Source of the DNA: Macrostomum hystrix
Taxonomy: Eukaryota > Animalia > Platyhelminthes
Length of the DNA: 64,000 nt
Direction: 5' to 3'
NCBI GenBank assembly: GCA_950097015.1
Contig: CATNEN010000032.1
Location: 2,294,001-2,358,000 of the forward strand
The notes below the pieces were generated by a model. That model searched no databases and was not told the origin of the DNA. It saw only the letters and a list, made by a program, of their open reading frames with translations. This document shows, piece by piece, positions 1 to 12,100 of this stretch (position 1 is its first letter; every line of letters begins with the position of its first letter). Position numbers and translations under genes: made by a program.

Positions 1-195
1 GGGAGACAGGAGAGGGAGACAGGGTGAAGGAAGACTGGAGGAGAGGGGGAGAGGGAGACAGGAGAGGGAGTCAGGGTGAAGGAAGACTGGAGGAGAGGGG
101 GAGAGGGAGACAGGAGAGGGGGAGAGGGAGACAGGAGAGGGAGACAGGGTGAAGGAAGACTGGAGGAGAGGGGGAGAGGTAGACAGGAGAGGGAG
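1..195. repeat. Purine-rich composite tandem repeat, truncated by window edge
   Basis: CAGGGTGAAGGAAGACTGGAGGAGAGGGG recurs near 20, 72 and 144, with GGAGAGGGAGACA subunits between. Confidence 0.85.
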
Positions 196-762
196 ACAGG
201 AAAAGAGGAACACGGTGGAGTGACATGTGGAGGGGAGAGCAAGGAAGACAGTGAGGCGTGTTCAGGTTGTAACGAGTGAATAATTGATATTGTGGGCAGC
301 TGGTGGCTTTAAGTTAAGGTTGTGGTGGATTCGGTCCTAATGATAGAAAGGGCGATAGAGAGAGCAGAGAGCTATAGTGTTCCCTAAGCGGCGGAACAGA
401 CAGGACAGTAGATGGCCAGGTGAGATTGGGCATGCCGAAGCATAATTTCCAGGAAATCCGAGAGCGCCGAACTCAGCAGGGAGCCGCAGGTTCCAAGTGA
501 GAAATATTCTTTAATTATTGTTGGCGCGCAGAGCTCGCACGCAAAAGAAAATTTTTGTAGCAAAATTCCTGGCGTGTTTTAAAATAATCCAACTTTTTTT
601 AACTCCCTGCTCGACATTCGACTGGTGCCACAGATGCTTATCTGGCATATCGAGGGTTCACTTTGTATAGGCTTCGTTAGAAAATAACGACTTAGAGTTT
701 GGCCCCACAATTTGTAGGAAGAAGGCTGTTAAGCCTGAGGTCCCTATGTTTAGCAACAATAT

Positions 763-935
763 CATTGTACGAGTAACACTTCAGACTATCGCATCAGGGT
801 GACTGAGCTCGAATACATTCATCTGGGACGCAGCCGCGGACAGAGGATTGTCGTACCCTGTGCCACGCCTCCACCCCAAGGGCACAGTTAGAGCGTTCAC
901 TTGCCGACGATGAGAAAATCAAGGGCAGATGTACG
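763..935 (+). mobile_element. Degenerate tRNA-derived SINE-like element, family A copy 1
   Basis: Colinear by eye with 40144-40340. Shared blocks: TCGCA-CA-GGT, CTGAGCTCGA, GCAGCCGCG, TTGTCGT, GGCACAGT-AGAG, GACGATGAGAAAA and AGGGCAGATGTAC. Confidence 0.65.
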
Positions 936-2719
936 GAATCCTCCTTGCTGGCTATGGGTGACTGTCGTGCTCAAAACTAAGGAAATATTGACAAAGGAAA
1001 GAACTAGAAGAGTCACTCTATTTTCTGAGAACTGGTCTTGTATTTGGTCAAACCGGACGAATGAGTTTGCGGCATCTGCTTTGAAGCGAATCGGTTGGTC
1101 ACGCAAATTAACAAAAGAATTGAATGAAGGCCATCTTCTTCTCAAGCTAGGAAAGGGTATAAAATTTCCCGATGAAAAGTTTTATAAAACCGCTTTTTCT
1201 GCGTTTGGCTTACTCTCGAGTGGCAGAGGTTTTTTAATTTCTAGGTTTATTAATCACAGCGGTGAAAGTTGAGATGGTGGACTCAAACGGAGAGACGGAC
1301 ACTTTCTCTTCGAGGAGCGGCAAAGGGCGCCGGGTCCCATCGATTTTTGTTTGTGGCTGCAGGCGAGAACAAAGACTAAGGCTATGGAACGGCTGTCTAA
1401 AAACCACTTCTATTTCTTTAGCCTAACTGAAATCCCTGAATGCGACGAGAGCTTGGCCCATCAAATGTCGGCATCGTCAACCAGTCCGTTCAGACGGTCA
1501 AACTCCCACGAGGCTTGTTTGGGGGGAATGGCTTGATTGCGGGGATGCAAGTGGATGAAGGCCAGGCTGCTGGGATTACGAAATCACATGCCAAACCGTT
1601 CAAGTTTCTTGGAAACGAAAAGAGCTGGGAGAGAGACTTAGGGGCGAATGACCGATGACCAACTTGGGGGAATAGGCGGGCATTGGCTGTCTCGGTCACT
1701 GGGGCGTGAATTCTATAGAGCTATATACTCGCCTGCATATACATATGAGTATATATGGGGAACAAAAAAAATGGCGGCAATAGACCTTGAAGATTCTCGG
1801 CGCTTTTAAACCATTGGGCGGGTGACACATGTGCCAGCTGACAGATTCCCAATGGCATCTAGCCATGGCCAGAATCTGGCAGCGGGGGAGGGAGTTTGGT
1901 CTTCAAAAAGTTTCAATCGATTCCCATTGAATGCCGGGGGATCAGGAAGATAATTTTGGGGATCAGCGTGGCTCCAGGGAGGGGATATTTCTAGGTTAAT
2001 CGCTAAAATCCCGAGGCGGAAATCCGGGATTGTGAGGATTTTTACACGGCCCCATGCAAGCTGTTGTTTTTACACTCACCGCCGTGTAAATCCCGATCAT
2101 TGGCGCCGGGGGGGGGGTGGGGAGAAAATCTCTCCTGTTAATCCCCAATGCGGAGATTTTTTATTTCAAGGTGAAATTCGGAAATTTCGAGGAAAAAATG
2201 ATGGCACATTCAAACAGATTTACTAGTAAGGCAATGGGAAGTTTTCCCATAGCGCCGCAGTGTTTCCAGTGGTCGCGATGACAACCCACTCGATGAAATT
2301 CTATTTTTTCAAGCCGTGTGAACCAGGCGGGAATGTCATGTCAAACATGTCGAATGAATCATGCCATTGGGTTCATGAAAGCCATCTCTCTCTCTTTTCA
2401 TTGAGAATGTCAATTTCAGAATTGGTTCTGGATTGGCGTTTGATGTGTGGCCAGGAAAGATTCTAAAGGCCGTTTTCTGCAATTCTTTTATCCACAGCCA
2501 CTTTTTTGTGAAGCTAAAGTTGTTGAACCAAAACTCGATGACACTTCCACCGACATTGCTGCCACTAGCGGCTATCCACAGCGGCTAAATCTGTCTAGAA
2601 ATGGGAAATATAGTTACAGGGAGGCTGCGAGTCTTCTAAAATTCGGTTGGGAAAAATGCTCTATTGCGTCATAGGTGATACTTCTGCACCCCGCGTTTCT
2701 ATTAACACAGTTTCGTATC

Positions 2720-2752
<33 letters not shown>
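2720..2752. repeat. (CAG)n microsatellite, ~11 units
   Basis: Direct reading; no supportable exon around it. Confidence 0.9.
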
Positions 2753-3677
2753 TTCATCTACATGCGAGCAGTGAGGGAATGCGCCTAGTCAATCACGGGG
2801 GCTCCTTAAAGTGGTCGGTCATGCTCCAATTTTCGACGGAAGATGGAAATAAGGAAAGATTTGCAATTTGAGTCTGCTCAACTTTCGCAACGGCAGTTCG
2901 CAGCATCTGTAACAGTCTCGGCGTATTAATTGCATCAAAAAGAAAGGAATTGGGTTTCCTGAAGCGATCATTATTGCAGCGGGGGGGGCAACAGAGCTTA
3001 GTTTTCTCCCCCCAAATTTTTAGTTGCCAAGGTGACTTATTAATCCTAATGCCGCTAGGTAAGCTAGGGCTTAGGGCCGCGCCCTAAATTCGTGCTGGGA
3101 AGCTCATCCCGTATACTCAGCTGTGAATTGCGTGACAAATTAATGCTATAAATTAATTTACGAGTATATTATAACGAATTTCTCCCACTCAGCGCACTTT
3201 ATACTCTATAGCAACCAGTTTGTCTGCTCAATGGGCTGTGCAATTTTAATAGACGAATTGATGAGGAAAGCGTGCAGCGATGTGGCAGTCCTGTGCTCTC
3301 ATGGCTAGACTAAAACTGCTTCATAATATTCTAAGTTAGAATTTGCTACTCCGAAGCACGCCTCTCAGGAGGTTAACTTGTTGTAGCGATTCCACAATGA
3401 TTGGTTTTAAAGCAGGCCCATTCGAATAAAACCATTTCAGTTGAGCAGGTCAATTAAAAGCCTTTGAAGACCCAGATTTTGACCTGGAAAAAAATTCTGC
3501 TGCGAATTTTGGCAATAGGAGAGAATGCCGACTGGTTTGAGGACTGAGCTGAGGAGGGCAACGAGGAGGGAACTAAGAATGAGACTATGGGAGTCACAGG
3601 TCGAGATGAGGAGAAGGTGAGGGCGCTAAAAGTTAGCATGAGAAGCATGAGAAAGAGTGCACGATGAGAGAGTTAGA

Positions 3678-4200
3678 TAAGAAGGAGAGTAGGGTGAGAA
3701 GGAGAGTAGGGTGAGAAGGAGAGTAGGGTGAGAAGGAGAGTAGGGTGAGAAGCAAAGTAGGGTGAGAAGGAGAGTAGGGTGAGAAGGAGAGTAGGGTGAG
3801 AAGCAAAGTAGGGTGAGAAGGAGAGTAGGGTGAGAAGGAGAGTAGGGTGAGAAGGAGAGTAGGGTGAGAAGGAGAGTAGGGTGAGAAGGAGAGTAGGGTG
3901 AGAAGCAAAGTAGGGTGAGAAGGAGAGTAGGGTGAGAAGGAGAGTAGGGTGAGAAGGAGAGTAGGGTGAGAAGGAGAGTAGGGTGAGAAGCAAAGTAGGG
4001 TGAGAAGGAGAGTAGGGTGAGAAGGAGAGTAGGGTGAGAAGGAGAGTAGGGTGAGAAGGAGAGTAGGGTGAGAAGGAGAGTAGGGTGAGAAGGAGAGTAG
4101 GGTGAGAAGGAGAGTAGGGTGAGAAGCAAAGTAGGGTGAGAAGGAGAGTAGGGTGAGAAGCAAAGTAGGGTGAGAAGGAGAGTAGGGTGAGAAGGAGATC
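3678..4200. repeat. 17-bp minisatellite GAAGGAGAGTAGGGTGA, ~30 units, intergenic
   Basis: Direct periodicity with a GAAGCAAAGTAGGGTGA variant; explains the 17-aa-period ORFs. Confidence 0.95.
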
Positions 4201-5043
4201 AGGGTGAAGCCCAATTGGAGTGAGTGTGTTGGCCCTAGACTGCACCGGGCACCCAGTGTGTGTGCCAGTGTGTGCCTGGTGATCTCCTAGGAAGCCACCT
4301 CGACTACAGTCAAGAAGAGCCGCTTGAAGGCGGTGTTGTTTTTTCCGCTGTGGAAGCGGCCGTCACGCCGAGCAGGGAATTAGAAATTCCAGGAACACAT
4401 GTTCGCCGGGCGGCACACGCGAGGCCGATAGAAAAAAGCCTTTGAAACTATCCGCGCTAGGCCACCTCACCCTCCGGACCGCCCCCGCCTTTAGATGGCC
4501 ACCCCAAATCGACTGATTATGTAATAGCGGGCCCACCCCAAGGACAAGGAGGGAAAATTTCATGAGAAAGAATAATAATAAGACTCTGGCCCGCGAACAG
4601 AGCTGCACAGCGGGACTCCCAATTCTCCCTTATGGTAATTCGCGAATCTCCCTATTATCATTATTATTATTAGTATTATCCTCATTATTGAAAGGCAATG
4701 GCAGAGATTCGACTGTTAACTTTTTTCATACCAGTGGCTCAGCTAAAATGGCTATAGAAAAAAACTGTCAGAGATGAATCGACAGTCTACCAGGGGCCTC
4801 CTCTGTGCCACTTCGGTCTTCATTGGACAGGAAGGCTTCAGGTATTTAATACAGGACTCTTTGGCCCAGATGTTAACACTGGGGAGCGATAGGAACAGAA
4901 CTAGCCAATCGGAGAAGGCCTAGACACTCTCGCTTGAGCCCGCAGCGTTCAGTTCCATTACAAAATAAGACAAGCTGCGTCATAAGGAGTTCTCTTTCGC
5001 AACACTTTGTCAATCTTTACAGATCGCCTGATTCCCCAGAGCC

Positions 5044-7504
5044 ATGAAGGAGATTTCACCCACATCCAGCCCGCATCCAACATCGTCCAGTTCGTCGGAG
5101 GCCCCGCTGATTGCACCAGGTGCCACCGTTGTGTCGATGCAAGCTGCTGACGGCAAGGCTGCAACTGCCACCACAACCTCCATGACCCCGACAACAGCGG
5201 TTTCCACATCGTCGGAAGACGACGTCGAACATTCGTCGACGGCTGCAACGCTGAAGATTCGTCAGCGCGATGCTGACGAGACGAACAGCCGGAGCAGCAG
5301 CCGGAGTTGCTGGTGCCCGGCCACGTCCATCGCACTGGCGGTGCTGCTGGCGGGATTCGCCGCAGCTCTGCTCATTCTGGGCGTGCTCTACAGCCTGGAC
5401 CTGCGCTTCCCCGATCGAGCACCGGCTGGTGAACGATTCTCCCGACAACAATTTCTCAGCTGCGAGGAGGCAAACAGAGCGAGCTCGGCCGCTGTTGGAG
5501 TGTCCGCGGGCTCCCAGGATCCGTGCGCTGGCGACTTTTACGCCGCAGCTTGCGCTGGCTACGCTTCCAGCCACCCGCTGCGCTGGCGGTCCGGCGGCCG
5601 GCTCGAGTCGATGCGGACCAGTCCTGGCCGATACTCAGGAGGCCATCGAAGACGCCCTGGTTGAACGCCTCTATCACGGAGCCAAAGCCATGGGCGCTGT
5701 TGATGAAACTCGTCAGCGAGTCGAGCCAACCACCGAGCCAGTCTGGCTGGCGGCCGTGACCAATCTGACTCGAACCTGCACAGCGGCAGCCGCGGATTTT
5801 CCGCGCGACGCCCTGCTCAACCTGCTGACCGAACAGCCGGAGGCCGATGCGGAGCGCCGGCTACCACCGATGTCCTTCTTTGGTCGGCGCAGCCTCGCCT
5901 CTGGCGGCGTCGGTCGTTGGGGATCGATCGGACGCCTCGTCGCTCACGGATTCGCCTTCGGAGTCGATTTGACCACGCCGAATGCCGATGCCGCTGCGAT
6001 GGTGAAGGAAGGCGACGCGCTGAACTGGCTGCTTGAGCCGCGGAAGCCGAAAGTCGTCGGAGATGAAGCAGCCGTCGCTGGCCTTGTCAAGGCTACCTTT
6101 GAGAGGATCCTGGGTCGCGGAGTGCCGCAGATCATTGCCAATGCAGTCGGTCATTACCACGAAAACCTGACGCGGACGCTGACTGACGCAGCAGTGTCGG
6201 GTGATGTGCAGGTCCTGACGATGGAGGGGGTGGCTGACCTGTTTCCATCGGGTGTCGACAGCTGGATAGCGTTTCGATCGGCCGCCTTTCCAGACTGGGC
6301 CGACGGACGCTATCAGCGAATGTTTGTGCGGAGTCCGGACACTCTCCGCAGAGTCCTTCGACTCATGGCCGAGCTGGACCCGGACAGCTTGGCCGCCTAC
6401 GCCTTCGTCAACGCGGTGGCCGGCTTAGAGAGATTCGCCGTCGGTCTGGGCGAGTTTTTCAACGAAAGCCCGATTAAACTGATGCTCCGTCATCGCCGCC
6501 AGTTGCCGCTAGGCCCAGCGACGGCGTTCGAGACGACAGGCCGGCGGTGCCTGCGCGTCGCCTTCGACCTGATGCCGTCACCGTCCGCCTTCGCCCTGCT
6601 GGAAGCATCGCCCGGAGAGAATCGCATAGTTCGTCGTAGGCAGCTCGTCACCAACCTGCGCTCTCGTCTGGCCGATGTGATTCGCGCAGCCGATATCGAT
6701 CTGGAGACCAAGCGAGAACTCCTGAGCGCTCTGGACGGCGAGCGGTACGGCTACGCGTTTGGCGACACTGACGAGATCGCCGAGCTGCGAATGGCGAACA
6801 CCTACGGCGGCCTCCGTGTCAGCCGAGAGGCCGGGTACCTCGCTGGCGTGCTGGACACCATTCGGCACCGCAGACGGTCGGGCTATCGTCTGGCATTCAT
6901 TCGCAGCGGCGGCAACAGCGATGCTGACAATGAACGAGACCTGGGAGCGGCGCCCGCACTGTTAGAGGAGCTGGCCAGCCCGGGCCTCTGGTTCCCTCTG
7001 GCGGTGAATGCTCTCGCCCTGCCATCGACATCGCTGGCTTTGTTGACTGCTCACGATCTACTGTCGCGAGTATCTTCGAAGTCGCCGACGCCACCGCCTT
7101 CGCAGTCCTGGTTGCTTCGCTGCGGCTTCACTGGCGATAAAAATCGCAGCTCCTTGTTTGCTCCGTCGGAAGCGTCCAGCCGGGCGGCTGTCGCCAATCG
7201 CCAGCTGTGGTCGGTCAGTCTGGCGCTGGCAGCGGTTCGGCCTGCATCGCCAGTCGGAGACGAGCCCGAGGCCAAGACTTTGAAGGATTTCGAGCGTAGT
7301 TTTCTGCTCTCGTCAGCGCAGCTTCTTGGCTGCCATCGCGCGGCGCCCGATGCCAGCATCATCGACGAGATTGCCGACCAGGTCGGCCTGTCGTCAGCCG
7401 ATCGTGCGCGCCTGCTTACGATTGTGCCGGAATTTCCTGGTGCTTTCGGCTGCCAGGAGGCGGCGGCGGCGGCGAGGCGCAACTGTCAGCTGATCGTGCC
7501 GTAG
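5044..7504 (+). CDS. Neprilysin/ECE-like (M13) type II membrane protein, predicted catalytically inactive; intronless; +1 frame discontinuity at ~5581 (~819 aa if repaired)
   Basis: Frame from 5044: Ser/Thr-rich tail, TM SIALAVLLAGFAAALLILGVLYSL, then DPCAGDFYAAAC (M13 DPCxDFYxxAC). Frame ending at 7504: VLADTQEAIEDALVERL helix, ERSFLLSSAQLLGC (cf. EQLFFLxFAQxWC) and VPEFPGAFGC...C (cf. PEFxxAFxC...C). The HExxH position reads HDLLS (7052-7066). A pyrimidine-rich AG sits at 5038-5039, just before GCCATG. Confidence 0.8.
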
Positions 7505-9182
7505 TCATGTCAATCAATCAATCAATCAGAAGCACTGGGCGCGGTGTGCCGGCCAATTCCATGCTTACATGAAAACTTATTGCAGTGAAAAAGAGAATTA
7601 ATCATTTTCTGAGTAGAATTCTGTCAGTTTGCTTGCAATTCATATTTCAACAGTTTTATACCTCATTTAATACTGTAAATTTGTTATAATTCATTTTGTG
7701 CTGCACTAGTAGCAATCAGTACAAGTTCAAAATCCCGTTATTATTAGGTCCAAGTCAGTTTTCGCCTACGAGTACTTTAGCTAATATTCTACTTATTTAC
7801 TTTCTCTTTTGCTGCTCCGCTAGAGCCAAGAAAGTTTCGGCCATAGACTATAGAATTCAGTTTGTTCTGTTTAGTTACCACGCCGTTGGTAAGCTAATTT
7901 TAATGTATTGATTGTTTAATGCTGATTGACAATATGTCTAGTTTAATTATTATAACGTATTTTGTTCGAATTTTCCACTCGCTTACAAGGACCACAACGC
8001 TACTCCACTGTCAATATAATTGATAAGGTCACTGAACACCATAACTAATATAAAAGTGACCTTGCAAACATTATGCGTTCACCGTAATCTGTTACCGTCT
8101 TCTCTTATTCTCGTCTCTCCTAGGAGCACAGCCAAAATAAGCTTTTCTGAGCTTCAGTAAAACAGCCAATATCACATAAGGATAATAATGAAAACTATAA
8201 AAAAGAGATTCACGAAAAATACTCTTCTTCAAAAATGAAAACAACGGACGACAAACGCAACGCGTACTACTTGCAATCTAGAAACAAGTAGTGCAGAATA
8301 ATGAAAGTTAAAAACCTAGGTAGCTAAGAAAATTATTTAACGTAAGTTTGTTTATATAGCTAATTTTAACGCTAAAGTTAAAGTTGTACTTTTAACTGAA
8401 GTCCACCACTGGAAACTAATTAGTCATATTGTTAGTATTTATAGGGAAGTCTCTACATTGTTAACGAATGTTGATTTTAACGGAAGCTACTTTTTATAGC
8501 GAAAATATTTCTTTCACTCTAGTGGAAAATCGTGTTTTTTAAACGAACAAAATAACGAACAGGAAAATATCAAAATGATTTGAGAATTAAATTCAGTGAA
8601 AAGAACTGCCGTTTCTGTCACAATTTTATTAACTAAAAAATCAAATAAGGCTACATTTAAAACAAAACAGCAGTTTTTTTGTAAGTAAAAGTGACAAAAA
8701 AGCAGTCAGAGTTTAAAAAAACACACAGAAAATATACAGTAAAATGTGTTCAGAGTCTTTATTACCTTCTACGTGATCTCTATTAACAAACTGCAAAAAG
8801 ACTTAGACCAAAAATTGGCAGCGGTAACAGAAGAACAACAGCAAAAATTAGAGCTTTTGAATTTGGAAGAAATGCAAGTAAGCAATTACAATCGGCTAGT
8901 CGAGTTGCTAATATAACTCATTTATAGAGGCTTGGCTGATTGCTCTAAGCTTATTAAGGTTCTGCCATAGACAGTTGCAACTAACAGAAGATATGATTGG
9001 CAAATCTAGTTATTTTATGAAGAGTGCTGCAAAAGTTATTATAAATACAGCAAGTATAGATATTGTAAACACAAAATGCTGCGTAAATATTTGCTTTAAA
9101 GTGTTTGTACAATGAAACTGCGGGGATAAACATTTTTTTTGTCTACATTTGGTTTGAGTACATTTAACTAAATAATTTTCAA

Positions 9183-12100
9183 TCACCGTTTTCCCAAGTA
9201 GCTACCACAACCGCTGCCGCTGCCACTGCCGGAGCCTCCGCCAATAGCCAAATCGATCGACGTTGGTTGCCAACCGGAAATCGACCCGGAGCCGACTCCG
9301 CAGACTGCACCGCCACCGACGCTGCCTCGTCCGCAGACACTGCTGCTGCAGACGCTGCTTCCGTCGCTATAGTGGCCAGATTGAGCAGCCGCAGCCGCAG
9401 CCGCAGCCCTCGCCGCGCTATCCAACGAAGAATACGGCGGCAAGGCTAGACCCTTCTCTGCGTCCGGCTTGCGAGCCGATGTTGCTAACAGGTTGCTAGG
9501 GCTGGCAGATAGTTTACCGCCACCGCCGCTGCCGGCGCTACCGACACTGCCAGGCGCATAGGGGCAGGAGTAAGCGTTGGCATTTGAATAACTGCCAGCG
9601 CTGCCGCAGCCGCCAACACCGGGCACGCACTGCGAGTCTGTATAGCGCTCGGATTCGGGCAGACACTCCAGATAGGCTGCTGGGCCCTGGTGCTGCTGCA
9701 TCAGATGAGGATGATACAGCAGCTGCTGCTGCTGCTGATGCTTGGGAGTCTTGTCAGTCTGCATCGAGGAGTTGCAGAAGATCACAGGCGGATTGCACTT
9801 GACGGCGGGTTGTTCAGAGACGCCGTAGCTAAAATTTTTATGTTCAAATGCCGTGATGGGATGTAATTGAGATCTAATTTTTACATAAAACAATTTTATC
9901 CCAAGAGACATTTACTGGAAGGGAATCATGAGAAAGTGTGTCTCTAGATCAGGCAGTTCATATCTAAGAAAAGAGTGTCTCTAGATCAGGCGGTGCATAT
10001 CTAAGAAAAGAGTGTCTCTAGATCAGGCGGTGCATATCTAAGAAAAGAGTGTCTCTAGATCAGGCAGTGCATATCTAAGAAAAGAGTGTCTCTAGATCAG
10101 GCAGTTCATATCTAAGAAAAGAGTGTCTCTACATCAGGCAGTGCATATCTAAGAAAAGAGTGTCTCTACATCAGGCAGTGCATATCTAAGAAAAGAGTGT
10201 CTCTAGATCAGGCAGTGCATATCTAAGAAAAGAGTGTCTCTAGATCAGGCAGTTCATATCTAAGAAAAGAGTGTCTCTAGATCAGGCAGTGCATATCTAA
10301 GAAAAGAGTGTCTCTAAATCAGGCAGTGCATATCTAAGAAAAGAGTGTCTCTAGATCAGGCAGTTCATATCTAAGAAAAGAGTGTCTCTAGATCAGGCAG
10401 TGCATATCTAAGAAAAGAGTGTCTCTAGATCAGGCAGTGCATATCTAAGAAAAGAGTGTCTCTAGATCAGGCAGTGCATATCTAAGAAAAGAGTGTCTCT
10501 AGATCAGGCGGTGCATATCTAAGAAAAGAGTGTCTCTAGATCAGGCAGTGCATATCTAAGAAAAGAGTGTCTCTAGATCAGGCAGTGCATATCTAAGAAA
10601 AGAGTGTCTCTAGATCAGGCAGTTCATATCTAAGAAAAGAGTGTCTCTAGATCAGGCAGTGCATATCTACGAGTACAAAAGCGCAACAAACCGAGACTCA
10701 TACTCGTCCTCCAAAGTGGACACGGAGCCGCAGCGTCCGCCCAGCTTTCGGTCGAGCAGGTTTGCCATCTCTTGCAATTCTCCGACGTCGCCTCGATTTC
10801 TTAGAATGCCTTTGTCTGGTAACGGTGGATCCGATGGCGGCTGACGCAGCGGCTGCAGCGGCAACTGCTGCTGATGCTTGCCAGATCCCATTGAGGAGGA
10901 GTCGAGGCTGTTCATGAATTGCTGCTGATGAGCAATAGACTGCGGCGGCGGCTGCTGCTGCTGCTGCTGCAAAGGTGTCAGAGAAGGCGCAAAAGAGATC
11001 GTCCGATTCTCATGCTCGTCTCCGAGATCGTTTTTCTGTCGTCGCCTCTTTTTATTGCCGCCGCCGCTGCTGCCGCTGCCGATGCCGTAGGCGTAAGTGG
11101 ACTCGGCCGATGTCGACCGATTGCCCTGCTGGGTGGAGGCAGTTGAAGAATTCCACAGGGCCATTCCGTTGCGACCGCCACGCAGTCGGCGACGTTGGTA
11201 ACGATTCCGGCAGGTGAAGGCGACAAAGCCGGCCAGAACCAGGGCCAGTACGACTGCTCCAGCGATGATGCAGATCATTTCCTGGAAGTTGCGGCATGCG
11301 TTGATTCGAAATGTACTAAATGTACTCAAAACGTTCTTTTTTATTTTTATAATTTAAGTTTACTTTTTTTACTGTATACTTTGCAGTACTTTTGAATAGA
11401 AGTACTTTAGTACGGACGCTTTTTTTAAGTATTGATGTACTTTAGTATTGATGTTCTTTAGTATTGGTGTACTTTAGTATTGATGTACTTTAATATCGAT
11501 GAACTTCAGTATTGCTGTACTTTAGTAGTATCAATGTACTTTTGCATCGGTTAAAATTTCGCTTATATATGTTTATATGAAGACTCACTATCGACATCGA
11601 CGACCCAACATTGGCACCCGATGAAATCCCGTCGCTCTCGGCATCGCTCCCTTTGGTGGCCCGCCAAAAGTGCAACTGCAGCGGATCGAGGGGTTCGTTG
11701 CCGCCGGCTGTTCTCTGGCAGGCAGCGCCGGACCAGCCAGGCTGGCAGAGGCAGGCCGACTGTGTGGTGCAGACACCACGGCCGGAACAGACAAAGGCAC
11801 TTTCGCCGCGCGGACAACTCACCGAAGATGCTGCCAGAGTAGCCAGATAGGTCGGCGACTGGCAGCGGCCTCCGGAGCAGGAGCCGCCGCCTGAGCAGGG
11901 AGTGCCATCTGGGAGAGCCGCGTCAGCCGATTGAAATCGGCAAGTCAGGCTGGTGCCGTTCGGCCGGCGTACAATTAACTCATGCGCTCCGCTGCTGCCG
12001 CCGCTGCCGCCACCGCTGCACATCAAGGTGGCGCAGGAGTCCTTGCCGGAGCTGATGTAACAGTCGGCCGGGCCAGACTCCGAGCCGGCGCCCCACGCTT

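Noticed and set aside
897-1699. Short ORFs as transposase or reverse-transcriptase remnants
   Set aside because: No recognisable catalytic motifs; partly overlaps the SINE-like copy.
5589-5607. 19-nt GT-AG micro-intron repairing the M13 frame
   Set aside because: Below normal spliceosomal minimum length, with a weak donor and no pyrimidine tract.
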